This document shows, piece by piece, positions 8,662 to 17,118 of a DNA stretch of 64,000 nt. How positions within the stretch are numbered: position 1 is the stretch's first letter; every line of letters begins with the position of its first letter. The notes under the pieces were generated by a model, which was not told where the DNA came from, searched no databases, and worked only from the letters and a program-made list of their open reading frames with translations. This DNA comes from Phycisphaerales bacterium JB037 (GTDB lineage: Bacteria > Planctomycetota > Phycisphaerae > Phycisphaerales > UBA1924), in contig JBICIG010000060.1 in NCBI GenBank assembly GCA_043101605.1, positions 5,203-69,202 on the forward strand, in the 5' to 3' direction. The translations under genes and the position numbers were made by a program.

Positions 8662-10254
8662 ATGCCCCCGCTGACGCTCTACAACACGCTCACGCATCGG
8701 CCCGAGCCCTTCACCCCCGCCGACCCCGCGCGGATCACCTTTTACACCTGCGGCCCGACGGTCTACGACGATGCGCACATCGGGAACTTCCGAGCCTTCC
8801 TCGCCGCCGACCTCCTCCGCCGCTGGCTCGAGAGCCCGCTCTGCGAACTCGCCAACGCGCCCGCCGGCTCGCCGCGCCGCGTCGTGCATGTCATGAACAT
8901 CACCGATGTCGGGCACATGACCGACGACGCCTCGGCCGACGGCGGGGGCGAGGACAAAATGGCCGCCGCCGAGCGACGCCTCCTCGAAGCCAAGAAAGCC
9001 GGCACGCTCCCCAAGGGAGTCGACATCGACCCGAAGGACCCGCGCGGCATCGCCTCCTTCTACGCCGCCCGCTTCCTTGAGGATGCCCGCGCCGTGGGGC
9101 TCAAGGTCGCGATCGAAGCGCAGCGGGACCCCTCGCTCATGCCCCGCGCCACCGATCACATCGAGGGCATGAAGGCGCTCATCGAAACCCTCGCCGACAA
9201 GGGCCTCGCCTACGCCGCCGGCGAGCCGGGCGCGCGGGCCGTCTACTTTGATGTCCAGGCCTACGACCGCCTTGCCGGTGATGCTCCCTACGGCGTCCTC
9301 AGCGGCAACACGCTCGACCACCTGCGCGCCGGCGCCGGCGGGCGCGTCTCCGACGAGAACCAATCGCAGAAGAAACACCCCGCCGACTTCCTGCTCTGGA
9401 AGGAAGACGCCTCGCACCTCATGCGCTGGCCCAGCCCGCGCGTGGGCGCCGAAGCCCTCGGCGAGGGATACCCGGGCTGGCACATCGAGTGCTCGGCGAT
9501 GGCGCGCGCACGCCTCATGGACGCCGGCGACACCATCGACCTCCACTCCGGCGGCGAGGACAACATCTTCCCCCACCACGAATGCGAAATCGCCCAGACC
9601 CGCGGCGTAACGGGCGCCGACCGCTTCGCACGCCACTGGTTCCACCCGCGCTTCCTGCTCGTCGACGGCACGAAGATGTCCAAGAGCAAGGGCAACTTCT
9701 ACACGATCCGCCAGTTGATCGAGATGGGCCACGACCCGGCCGCGATCCGGCTCGAACTCATCAAGACCCACTACCGATCCAACGCGAACTTCACCATGCA
9801 GGGGCTCAAGGACTCGGCACGCATGATCGAGCGCTGGCGCCGAGTCGGCCGACTCGAAACGCTCCCGGCCGAGCGCCCGGAAGCGCCCGTGCTCGACGCA
9901 TTCGCGCGCTCGCTCGGCGACGATCTCAACATCGCCGGGGCGATCGGTGAACTCAACGCGTGGGTCTCATCGATCGCCGAGCCGACCGGCACCGATCGCG
10001 CGATCATGACCATCCTCGACGACATCCTCGGCGTCCTCTCGCTCAAGCAGACCGACGCCGCCCAGACCGCCCTGGGCGTCTACCTCCCGGGCGTCTCGCC
10101 CAGCGACGACATCGAAGCCAAGCTCCGCGCACGCAAAGAGGCGCGCGCCGGCAAGGACTTCGCCGCCGCCGACGCGATCCGCGACGAGCTCTCGGCGATG
10201 GGGCTGGCGATCAAGGACCGCCCCGACGGCACCGTCGAGGTCAGCCGCGCCTGA
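8662..10254 (+). CDS. cysS: cysteine--tRNA ligase
   Basis: Contains TCGPTVYDDAHIGNFR (HIGH motif), WHIECS and KMSKSKGNFY (KMSKS motif). Confidence 0.95.
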   Translation: MPPLTLYNTLTHRPEPFTPADPARITFYTCGPTVYDDAHIGNFRAFLAADLLRRWLESPLCELANAPAGSPRRVVHVMNITDVGHMTDDASADGGGEDKMAAAERRLLEAKKAGTLPKGVDIDPKDPRGIASFYAARFLEDARAVGLKVAIEAQRDPSLMPRATDHIEGMKALIETLADKGLAYAAGEPGARAVYFDVQAYDRLAGDAPYGVLSGNTLDHLRAGAGGRVSDENQSQKKHPADFLLWKEDASHLMRWPSPRVGAEALGEGYPGWHIECSAMARARLMDAGDTIDLHSGGEDNIFPHHECEIAQTRGVTGADRFARHWFHPRFLLVDGTKMSKSKGNFYTIRQLIEMGHDPAAIRLELIKTHYRSNANFTMQGLKDSARMIERWRRVGRLETLPAERPEAPVLDAFARSLGDDLNIAGAIGELNAWVSSIAEPTGTDRAIMTILDDILGVLSLKQTDAAQTALGVYLPGVSPSDDIEAKLRARKEARAGKDFAAADAIRDELSAMGLAIKDRPDGTVEVSRA

Positions 10255-10271
10255 CCCCCCCCGCGGGGCTT

Positions 10272-11945
10272 CTACCCTCGCCGCAACTCGCGCACCTGCG
10301 CGAACACGCGTCGCTCCAGCCTCGGCATCGCGATGCGCGCCGCCCCGAGCACCGCGGCGCACTCCTCAAGCGTCCGCGGCAACTCCGCCGACCCGCCCCC
10401 GACCCCCCACCCGAAGCGCAGCACCGCGAAGACGCGGAGTTCCTCATCGAGCCCCTCCAGCACCCGCCTCGCGTCGCCGGGCAACTCCAGGAATCGCTGC
10501 CACGCGTGCGCGCGCACCGACCAGTCGTCCATCGGCACGGTGTCGGGCCAGCGCGGCGCCGCCCGCCCGCTCAGCCGCTCCAGATCGCGCGCGTGCTCGC
10601 GTGTCCATCGCTCGGCCGCCCGATCGATCGCCAGCCCCGCGCGCGCCGCCAAGCGACCACCCCGCCCGGCGCGGAACTCATCGACCGCCGACGACAGCGC
10701 CGAAAGCCCCGCCCCGACCAGCGACGACGCCGACTCGGGCGAGAACGACTCGAGCTTCCCGATTCCCGCCGACGCGTGCACGCGCGCCTCGAGCGTGCGC
10801 ACCAGCGTCGGCAGTTGCATCCGCATCAGTTCGGTCTTGACCCGGCTCGCCCGTCGGAGCGATGTCTCGATCGCGTCGAGCCGCGACGCTTCGGGCGTGG
10901 CGCGGGTGACCGTCCCGAGCGTCCGCCGCGCGTGTGTCAACGACGCGCGCAACAGTTCATCGAGGTGCCGCTCCCGGACCGCGCCAGGCGTGCCGGCACT
11001 GCGCGCCTCGCCGAGCAGCGCGACCAGATCCGCGCCGAGCGCGCGCCCGAACGACGATCCCTCCGCCGCCGGGTCGATCCGGGTCGGTTCCGGCCCGGCG
11101 TCGCGCGCCGGGTCGGCGGCGCCCGTCAGTGCCCGCTCGAGCCGGGCGAGGCGATGGATGTGGATCCCCCGCCGCACCGCCGACACCGGGCGCGACATCC
11201 GCCTTGCCGATTCCGCCGCGCCGGCCCCGCGCTTCCACGCGCGGTAGGCGCGCGCCCGCTCGCGATCGGACATCGGCCCGCTCCGGTCGAAGAGGGCCCC
11301 GGCGTCGTCGCTCCGGGCGAGCAGAAGGCGCACCGCTTCGTGGCTGCGCCCGTACCGCCGCGCGATGCGGGCCGCGGCTTCGTTCAGCCCGAGCCCGGCC
11401 GCCGCGTAGCGCCTGGCGCGTTCGAGCACGCGCGACTCGGTCGCGTCGTCGATCCGCGTGAACCGCCGCGCGCGCTCAATCGCCGACGCCTGGGTCGACT
11501 CGAACCGCGCCACCGCCTCGGGCGTGAAGACCAGCCTTGCGCGTCCCTCGGCATCCAGCCCGCGCCGCGCGATCAGCCCCCGGCGACGGTACCGCGACAG
11601 CGTCTTGCGGCTGACGCCCCAGCGAGCCGCCAGCGCATCGGCATCGAGCACCTCGCCGAGTTCCTCGAGCGTCAACGCCGCCGCGTCGCACAGCCGCTCG
11701 ACCAGCGCCGACAGGTCGCCCAGCATCGCCTCGCCCACCAGCATCGTCCCGTCGTCGTCGGCGGGTCGGTAGCCCGTGATCCGCTCGACCACCCACGCGA
11801 CCGGGTACAGCCGATCGGGCTCGATCTCATCGGCGAGTTGCTCGACGCGCCCGAGGTCTCGCCGCAGCGCCTCGCGCGATGCGAAGCGGAGTTGTCCGGC
11901 AAGTTCGGCAAGAGCCGCGACGCGGAGGCGGGCGAGCGGGGGCAT
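10272..11945 (-). CDS. multi-HTH protein with several sigma-70 region-4-like segments
   Basis: Met43 of ORF 10272..12071. HTH-like segments are repeated: WGVSRKTLSRYRRRGL, LNEAAARIARRYGRSHEAVRLLL, SARRMSRPVSAVRRGIHIHRL, TLEECAAVLGAARIAMPRLERRVFAQV. The exact family is unknown. Confidence 0.55.
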   Translation of the reverse strand: MPPLARLRVAALAELAGQLRFASREALRRDLGRVEQLADEIEPDRLYPVAWVVERITGYRPADDDGTMLVGEAMLGDLSALVERLCDAAALTLEELGEVLDADALAARWGVSRKTLSRYRRRGLIARRGLDAEGRARLVFTPEAVARFESTQASAIERARRFTRIDDATESRVLERARRYAAAGLGLNEAAARIARRYGRSHEAVRLLLARSDDAGALFDRSGPMSDRERARAYRAWKRGAGAAESARRMSRPVSAVRRGIHIHRLARLERALTGAADPARDAGPEPTRIDPAAEGSSFGRALGADLVALLGEARSAGTPGAVRERHLDELLRASLTHARRTLGTVTRATPEASRLDAIETSLRRASRVKTELMRMQLPTLVRTLEARVHASAGIGKLESFSPESASSLVGAGLSALSSAVDEFRAGRGGRLAARAGLAIDRAAERWTREHARDLERLSGRAAPRWPDTVPMDDWSVRAHAWQRFLELPGDARRVLEGLDEELRVFAVLRFGWGVGGGSAELPRTLEECAAVLGAARIAMPRLERRVFAQVRELRRG

Positions 11946-11958
11946 CGCGCGGCTCCGG

Positions 11959-12795
11959 TTAGCGAGCCGCCATCGCGGCAAGGTCCCAGAGCGCGACGGC
12001 CGGCGAATCGACCAACCCGAGCCCCGCCGACTCTTCCAGGAACCGGGCCAGCCCGGCGCGGGCGCGCGCATCGAGGTCGTACCGCAGCATCGTCGAGAGG
12101 TACGCCCGGGCGATGTCGAGGGGCCAGCCCCGCGCCGCGGCCCAGCGCGACGCGATCCAGTCGAGCCGACCCGCGTTGTGCCGACGCTGGCGGTCGAGCA
12201 GCGCGGCCGCCATCTGCAGCCGCAGTCGATCCTCGCCGTCGAGCGCTTGCGATCGGCACGCCCACGCCGCGTAAACCATGGGCAGCCCCGTCCATGCGTG
12301 CCACGCCTCGCCCAGATCGAGCTCGTACCCGAAACCCTCGCCCGCGAGCGGCCGCGTCACGACCTTGTCGCCGATGCGCAGCACGGTGTCGGGCAGTTCC
12401 CCGGGCGAGACTCCCGCGGCGTCCAGGGGCTCGATTGAAACCCGCCGCCCGTGCGCGCGCTCGAAGATGATCCGGCACAGCGCGACGGAGGTGTGGCTCT
12501 CGGTGTCGGCGTGGACTGCTTCGATCCGGTCCACCGGCACGCGCGAGCTGACACGCACCGTCAGCGTGGGCCCGTCGCACCCGATCATGCCCACTGGCAG
12601 GATGGTCAGCGGCTCGGGCGAACGGGCGACATCGATGACGCTGACGAGCCCGAGATCGATCTCGCCGGCCGCGAGCGCGGGCCCGATCGCCGCGGGCACC
12701 ATCGGCACGAGTTCGAGCCCCTCGACGCGGGCGAGCCCCTCGATGAGCGGAGCCGTGTTGAGGTACTCGACGGCGCCGACGCGGGTGCGTTCCAT
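11959..12795 (-). CDS. mqnA: chorismate dehydratase (futalosine pathway)
   Basis: ATG at 12795 inside ORF 11959..13374. MERTRVGAVEYLNTAPLIEGL... matches the MqnA N-terminal pattern and the periplasmic-binding-protein-like fold. Confidence 0.85.
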   Translation of the reverse strand: MERTRVGAVEYLNTAPLIEGLARVEGLELVPMVPAAIGPALAAGEIDLGLVSVIDVARSPEPLTILPVGMIGCDGPTLTVRVSSRVPVDRIEAVHADTESHTSVALCRIIFERAHGRRVSIEPLDAAGVSPGELPDTVLRIGDKVVTRPLAGEGFGYELDLGEAWHAWTGLPMVYAAWACRSQALDGEDRLRLQMAAALLDRQRRHNAGRLDWIASRWAAARGWPLDIARAYLSTMLRYDLDARARAGLARFLEESAGLGLVDSPAVALWDLAAMAAR

Positions 12796-12849
12796 GGGCG
12801 ATGGTAGGGTCGGCTGGACGCGCGGGACGCCGGCGATGACAATGCGCCC

Positions 12850-13515
12850 ATGCCCGGAGCGACCGACAGAGCCGAGGACGCGCCACGCTGGTTCCAGCAG
12901 GGCGGACCCATCACGCTGGTGGGGGGAGGCGGGCACGCGCTCATGCTCGCCGAGACCGCCCGGCTGCTCGGGCACGAGATCCGAGGTGTGCTCGACGACG
13001 ACCGGGCCTGCAACGCGTGCGCGCGCCTGCGGCTGGTCCATCTCGGCCCGTGCGACCCCGCGGAGATCGAGCAGGAAGCCGCGGCGATCCTGGCTCTGGG
13101 CAACCTCGACGCCCGGCGACGCCTGCTCGAGGCGATGCGACCCGACCGCGTCGCGCCGGCGCTCGTTCATCCGCTGGCGATGGTGTCGGCGTCGGCGGAG
13201 ATCGGGCGCGGCGGGTGGGTCGGGCCCGGGGCGATCGTCAACGCCTTCGCCCGCCTCGGCGCGCACGCGATCGTGAACTCCGGCGCGATCGTCGAGCACG
13301 AGTGTGTCATCGGGACCAACACGCATCTCGGGCCGGGCAGTGTGCTGGGCGGGTCGGCGATCGTTGGCGACCACACGCTCATCGGGCTGGGGGCGCGTGT
13401 GCTCCCGGGCGTCAGGGTGGGGAGCGGGTGTGTCGTCGGCGCGGGGGCGGTGGTCGTTGAGCCGGTGGAGGACGGCGCGACGGTCGTCGGCGTCCCGGCT
13501 CGGTCGCGGAGCTAG
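12850..13515 (+). CDS. NeuD/PglB-family hexapeptide-repeat acetyltransferase
   Basis: N-terminal Rossmann-like LVGGGGHALMLAE is followed by left-handed beta-helix repeats (GAIVNAFARLGAHAIVNSGAIVEHECVIGTNTHLGPGSVLGG..). Confidence 0.8.
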   Translation: MPGATDRAEDAPRWFQQGGPITLVGGGGHALMLAETARLLGHEIRGVLDDDRACNACARLRLVHLGPCDPAEIEQEAAAILALGNLDARRRLLEAMRPDRVAPALVHPLAMVSASAEIGRGGWVGPGAIVNAFARLGAHAIVNSGAIVEHECVIGTNTHLGPGSVLGGSAIVGDHTLIGLGARVLPGVRVGSGCVVGAGAVVVEPVEDGATVVGVPARSRS

Positions 13516-14012
13516 CGCGGTCGTGCGCCCGCGTCGGACGACTCCGAGCCGGACTGCCCAGGTTCGGCGGGTTCATCCGCGTCGCCAGCGACCATTGCGG
13601 CCGCCTGCCGGGCGCGTTCGATCAGTTGCGTCTCGAGTTCCTCGGTGCCGAGGGTTCGCTCGGGCGTGGGCTCGAGGTCGAAGTGCCAGGTGACCTCGTG
13701 CCGGGGCCGCCATGGCCACGCGGCGGCGATCAGGTCGAGCCCGGGCTGCTCGTGCAGCGGGGCGTGGGCGGTGCGTCCCTCGTGGACGGGCTGGTACCCG
13801 TCGAGGCGGAGTTGCAGGTCGTAGGTGCCGTAGAACTTGAACGAGGCTTCGGTCGGAGTGCGCCCGATCTCGACATCGTTGAGCCAGACGGTCGCGCCGG
13901 GGGGGTCGCTGGTGACGACGATCCGGCGATCATTGGTGCGGGTAACGCACCCGCTGAGCAGGGCGGCGGACCCGACGAGGATCCCGAGCGTGCGCACGCG
14001 GGCGTGTCTCAC
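13512..14012 (-). CDS. PEGA-domain lipoprotein
   Basis: C-terminal part of the 570-aa track ORF. GTG at 14012 overlaps the lptB stop (GTGA). Lipobox LLSGC is present. PEGA-like VVTSDPPGATVWLNDVEIGRTP..YDLQLRLDGYQPV. An alternative GTG start lies at 13997. Confidence 0.7.
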   Translation of the reverse strand: MRHARVRTLGILVGSAALLSGCVTRTNDRRIVVTSDPPGATVWLNDVEIGRTPTEASFKFYGTYDLQLRLDGYQPVHEGRTAHAPLHEQPGLDLIAAAWPWRPRHEVTWHFDLEPTPERTLGTEELETQLIERARQAAAMVAGDADEPAEPGQSGSESSDAGARPR

Positions 14013-14860
14013 GGGCGGACTCCTTCCCTGGGCGGACCTGGCTTCTTCGGGGTGGGCGGCTTCGGAGCGGGCGACTTGGACGACGCTCGCTCGTCGGGTT
14101 CGTCGGCCAGGGAGCGCTCGGGCAGGTCGTCGAACTCGTCGCCCCGGAACAGCGAGCCGAGGTAGACCCGGCGGACCATCTGGTCGTTGATGAGGCCCTT
14201 GGGGGTTCCCTCGGCGAAGACCTTGCCCGCATCGATGATGTAGGCGCGGTCGCAGACGCGGAGAGTCTGCTGGACATTGTGGTCGGTGATGAGGAACGCG
14301 ATGCCGCGCTCGCTGAGCTTGCGGATCTCGGTCTGGAGGTCTTCGACGGCGATGGGGTCGACGCCGCTGAACGGCTCGTCCATCAGGATCAGCCGGGGCT
14401 GGGTGACCAGGGCGCGGGCGATCTCCAGCTTCCGACGCTCGCCGCCCGAGCAGGTGCGGGCGGGGTCGCCGGCTTTGTGGGTGAGCCCGAACTGCCCGAG
14501 CAGGTCGCGGGCGCGCTGCTTCCGCTCGCCTCGGGTCAGCGGGAGGGTCTCGAGGATCGCCAGCAGGTTCTGCTCGCAGGTGAGTCGCTGGAAGACGCTG
14601 GGCTCCTGGCTGAGGTAACCCATGCCCATGCGGGCGCGCTTGTACATGGGCAGCCCGGAGACGGTGCGGCCGTCGAAGGTGACCGTCCCGCCGTCGGCGT
14701 CGATCATGCCGATGGTCATGCGGAAGCTGGTGGTCTTGCCGGCGCCGTTGCGTCCGAGGAGCCCGACGATCTCGGCCTGCTCGACATGGAACGAGACGCC
14801 GTCGACGACGGTGCGGCCGGAGTAGGCCTTGCGGAGATCCTTCGCTTCCAGCAGCGGCAT
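14009..14860 (-). CDS. lptB: LPS export ABC transporter ATP-binding protein with Pro/Lys-rich C-terminal tail
   Basis: Met36 of ORF 14009..14965. Walker A GRNGAGKTT, signature CSGGERRKLEIARAL, Walker B LILMDEPFSGVDP and H-loop ITDHN are all present. About 45 extra C-terminal residues follow (..SKSPAPKPPTPKKPGPPREGVRP). Confidence 0.9.
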   Translation of the reverse strand: MPLLEAKDLRKAYSGRTVVDGVSFHVEQAEIVGLLGRNGAGKTTSFRMTIGMIDADGGTVTFDGRTVSGLPMYKRARMGMGYLSQEPSVFQRLTCEQNLLAILETLPLTRGERKQRARDLLGQFGLTHKAGDPARTCSGGERRKLEIARALVTQPRLILMDEPFSGVDPIAVEDLQTEIRKLSERGIAFLITDHNVQQTLRVCDRAYIIDAGKVFAEGTPKGLINDQMVRRVYLGSLFRGDEFDDLPERSLADEPDERASSKSPAPKPPTPKKPGPPREGVRP

Positions 14861-14916
14861 GGGGGGAGTGTAGGGGAACCGGCACACCGGATCGGGTTCG
14901 TGGGTACGCTGGCGGG

Positions 14917-15597
14917 ATGATCCAGAGCGCGTCCGACGCCGCCCGCCCGAGTCCGCACCCCGCACGATGGTGGCTCCTCGGACCCGGGCTCGCGCTGGCG
15001 GCGGCGATCATCTCGGGCGTGGTGTGGATGATCACCGGCGGGCATGTCTGGGCCGAGGACGGGCTGATCGAGTACGCGCAGCTGGGGCTGTGGGGCGTGT
15101 GCGTGCTCGTCGCCGGCGCGGTCGCGCTGACCACGCCCGGGCGGGCGCGGGCGGCGGCGGCGTGGCGCGGTGTGCTGGGGGCGGTGGCGGGCGCCCGCGA
15201 ACTCGATCTCCACATCAAGCTCAATCCCGAGACGCTCGGCGAGTGGGGCGTGCGCTACCGGCTTGACTGGTGGACGGACATGAGCGTGCCGCTGGGCGTC
15301 AAGTCGATGTGGCTGGCGATCGGGCTGGCGATCGGCATCGCGCTGGTGCTCCCGATCTATCTCGCCCGGCAGGACCCCATCCGGCTGCTCAAGGCCCGGC
15401 ACCCGGCGTCGGTGTTGTTCGCGATCGCGATCGGCGGGCTGGCGATGGGGTGGGCGATGGACGACCTGTTCCGCGGGTGGTTCGCCGAGGAGCCGGCCCA
15501 GGCGCTCGAGGAACTGTGCGAACTGGCGGGCGTGGGGTTCTACCTGGGCTCGGTGATCGCCTGCCGACGCATCCCGCCCGAGGGCATCGCGCCCTAG
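14917..15597 (+). CDS. hypothetical multi-pass membrane protein
   Basis: 226-aa ORF with at least 5 hydrophobic helices. Divergent from lptB. No family recognised. Confidence 0.55.
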   Translation: MIQSASDAARPSPHPARWWLLGPGLALAAAIISGVVWMITGGHVWAEDGLIEYAQLGLWGVCVLVAGAVALTTPGRARAAAAWRGVLGAVAGARELDLHIKLNPETLGEWGVRYRLDWWTDMSVPLGVKSMWLAIGLAIGIALVLPIYLARQDPIRLLKARHPASVLFAIAIGGLAMGWAMDDLFRGWFAEEPAQALEELCELAGVGFYLGSVIACRRIPPEGIAP

Positions 15598-16016
15598 CCG
15601 AGCAATCGGACGCACATGGGGTAGCGGTAGTAGCGTCCGCGGTTGGCCGCCGACGCGGCGAACGCGCCGCCGACGATCCCAAGCACCGCCCAGCCGGGAA
15701 GGGTGACCAGCACCCCCACGCCGCAGAGCAGCACCCCGACGACGATCGCGGGGATGAACAGGATCAACAGGCTGATCTGGAAGTTCAGGGCCTCGCGGCC
15801 GTGGTCGTCGATGAAGGGCGAGTCGTGTCGGCGGATGAGCCACAGCACCAGCGCCACCAGCGCGGGTACGAAGAACCCGACCCCGGCCGACGGCAGCACG
15901 ACGGCCGCGAACGCGATCAGCGATCCGAGGTGGATCCACATCGCGTACGACCGCTCCCACGGCTCGGCGTAGGGGTCCTGGTACGGCTCGTAGGTTTCGG
16001 CGTTGAAATCCATCAT
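15594..16016 (-). CDS. DUF4870-like membrane protein
   Basis: ATG at 16016 (MMDFNAETYEPYQDPY..). WIHLGSLIAF...IRRHDSPFIDDHGREALNFQISLLI is typical of DUF4870. Confidence 0.7.
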   Translation of the reverse strand: MMDFNAETYEPYQDPYAEPWERSYAMWIHLGSLIAFAAVVLPSAGVGFFVPALVALVLWLIRRHDSPFIDDHGREALNFQISLLILFIPAIVVGVLLCGVGVLVTLPGWAVLGIVGGAFAASAANRGRYYRYPMCVRLLG

Positions 16017-16087
16017 CCCGGGTGCATGCTTGGGCAAGCGGGACGCGGGCTTTCAGGCGAGCCGCCGACGCGACCCCGGGGCGTGGC

Positions 16088-16786
16088 TCAGCGCGGGCGT
16101 CGCGAGCGGAGCGCGATCAGCAGCCCCAGCGACGCGAGCGTGAAGGTCCCGGGCGTCGGGGCGGCACGCAGGCTCAGCGAGTACCCGCCTCCCTCGGCGT
16201 CGGTGTCTTCGAGTTCGCCCTCGGCCCGGGCGAGCAGCCGATACCGCCCCGCGGGGAGCGTCTCGTCGAAGATCCCGCTGCCCGAGAACAGTTCCAGGCC
16301 CTGCGGCGAGTAGAACACCACCTCGCCCAGGCCCGAGACCGCCGACTGCAGGAAGACCGTCGCTCCCTCGGGCAGGTTGAAGGACAGATCCACCAGCGAG
16401 AGCCCCGAACTGGTGGCGCTCACGCCGCCGGCGGACGGGTTGACCGTCCGGCTGAGCGAGATCGAGCCCTGGGCCTGGATCTCGGTCGGCTCGATCGACG
16501 AGAGTTGGACGGCCGAGGCCCCGGCGGCGGCACCGGAGCGGGCGACGCTGGCGAGCGCGCTGCCGTTGAAGTCCGCCGCGGGTGCCGGACGCGACTCGGC
16601 GTCGGGCCCGCTGGCCTGCGTGCCGTTGGCGCCGGTCGCGGTCGCGAAGGCCTCGACACGGCGGGTGTCGGAGACCAGCGCGATCTGCGCGCCCGCGGCC
16701 TGCGCCAACACCCCGACGGACGCGACGAGCCCAAGAACCTGCGCGCACCGGCCACGCGCCCCTACCTGCTGCACTTGCTGATTCAT
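16088..16786 (-). CDS. PEP-CTERM-type sorting-domain protein
   Basis: N-terminal signal (..LVASVGVLAQAAGAQ) and C-terminal PTPGTFTLASLGLLIALRSRRPR (TM helix plus Arg cluster). Confidence 0.75.
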   Translation of the reverse strand: MNQQVQQVGARGRCAQVLGLVASVGVLAQAAGAQIALVSDTRRVEAFATATGANGTQASGPDAESRPAPAADFNGSALASVARSGAAAGASAVQLSSIEPTEIQAQGSISLSRTVNPSAGGVSATSSGLSLVDLSFNLPEGATVFLQSAVSGLGEVVFYSPQGLELFSGSGIFDETLPAGRYRLLARAEGELEDTDAEGGGYSLSLRAAPTPGTFTLASLGLLIALRSRRPR

Positions 16787-17006
16787 GTCCCCACGGCTCC
16801 CACGATGCTCGGGTCAGTCCTCGACCCGGCGGTCTCTCTCGAACGCTTTCGCGTCCATCCTCCACGACTCGGCGGGAACTTTAGCCCTTCCGAAGATCCG
16901 GGCGCGACGGTTCCCACGCTGCCACGCGCTTCTTCATGCGGGCTTGACGGCCGGTGCGAGATTTGGCCCGGGCCCGGGTCCGAGAACGGCCGTGCGGGAG
17001 GCAGAA

Positions 17007-17047
17007 GGCAATCGGCAATGGGCAATGGGCAATGGGCAATGGGCAGG
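17007..17047 (+). repeat. heptamer array (GGCAATG)n, G-quadruplex consensus on the + strand
   Basis: ggcaatc ggcaatg ggcaatg ggcaatg ggcaatg ggcagg, read directly from the sequence. The GGG tracts are spaced by CAAT. Confidence 0.9.
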
Positions 17048-17118
17048 CGGGATCAAAGGCCGGTGCCGTGGTCTGGGCGAGCGAAGGCCACGACGCTTGC
17101 CGCCTGCCGAGCCCCGCC

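Noticed and set aside
9960-12470. 836-aa + strand ORF, one of the longest in the track
   Set aside because: It has extreme Arg/Pro/Gly composition and no recognisable domain. It is antisense or out of frame relative to well-supported genes (the cysS end, the multi-HTH gene, mqnA). This is a typical GC-rich shadow ORF.
13512-15224. 570-aa ORF read as a single gene
   Set aside because: Only its last 166 codons (the PEGA lipoprotein) look real. The rest is an alternative frame running across lptB and the divergent membrane-protein gene.
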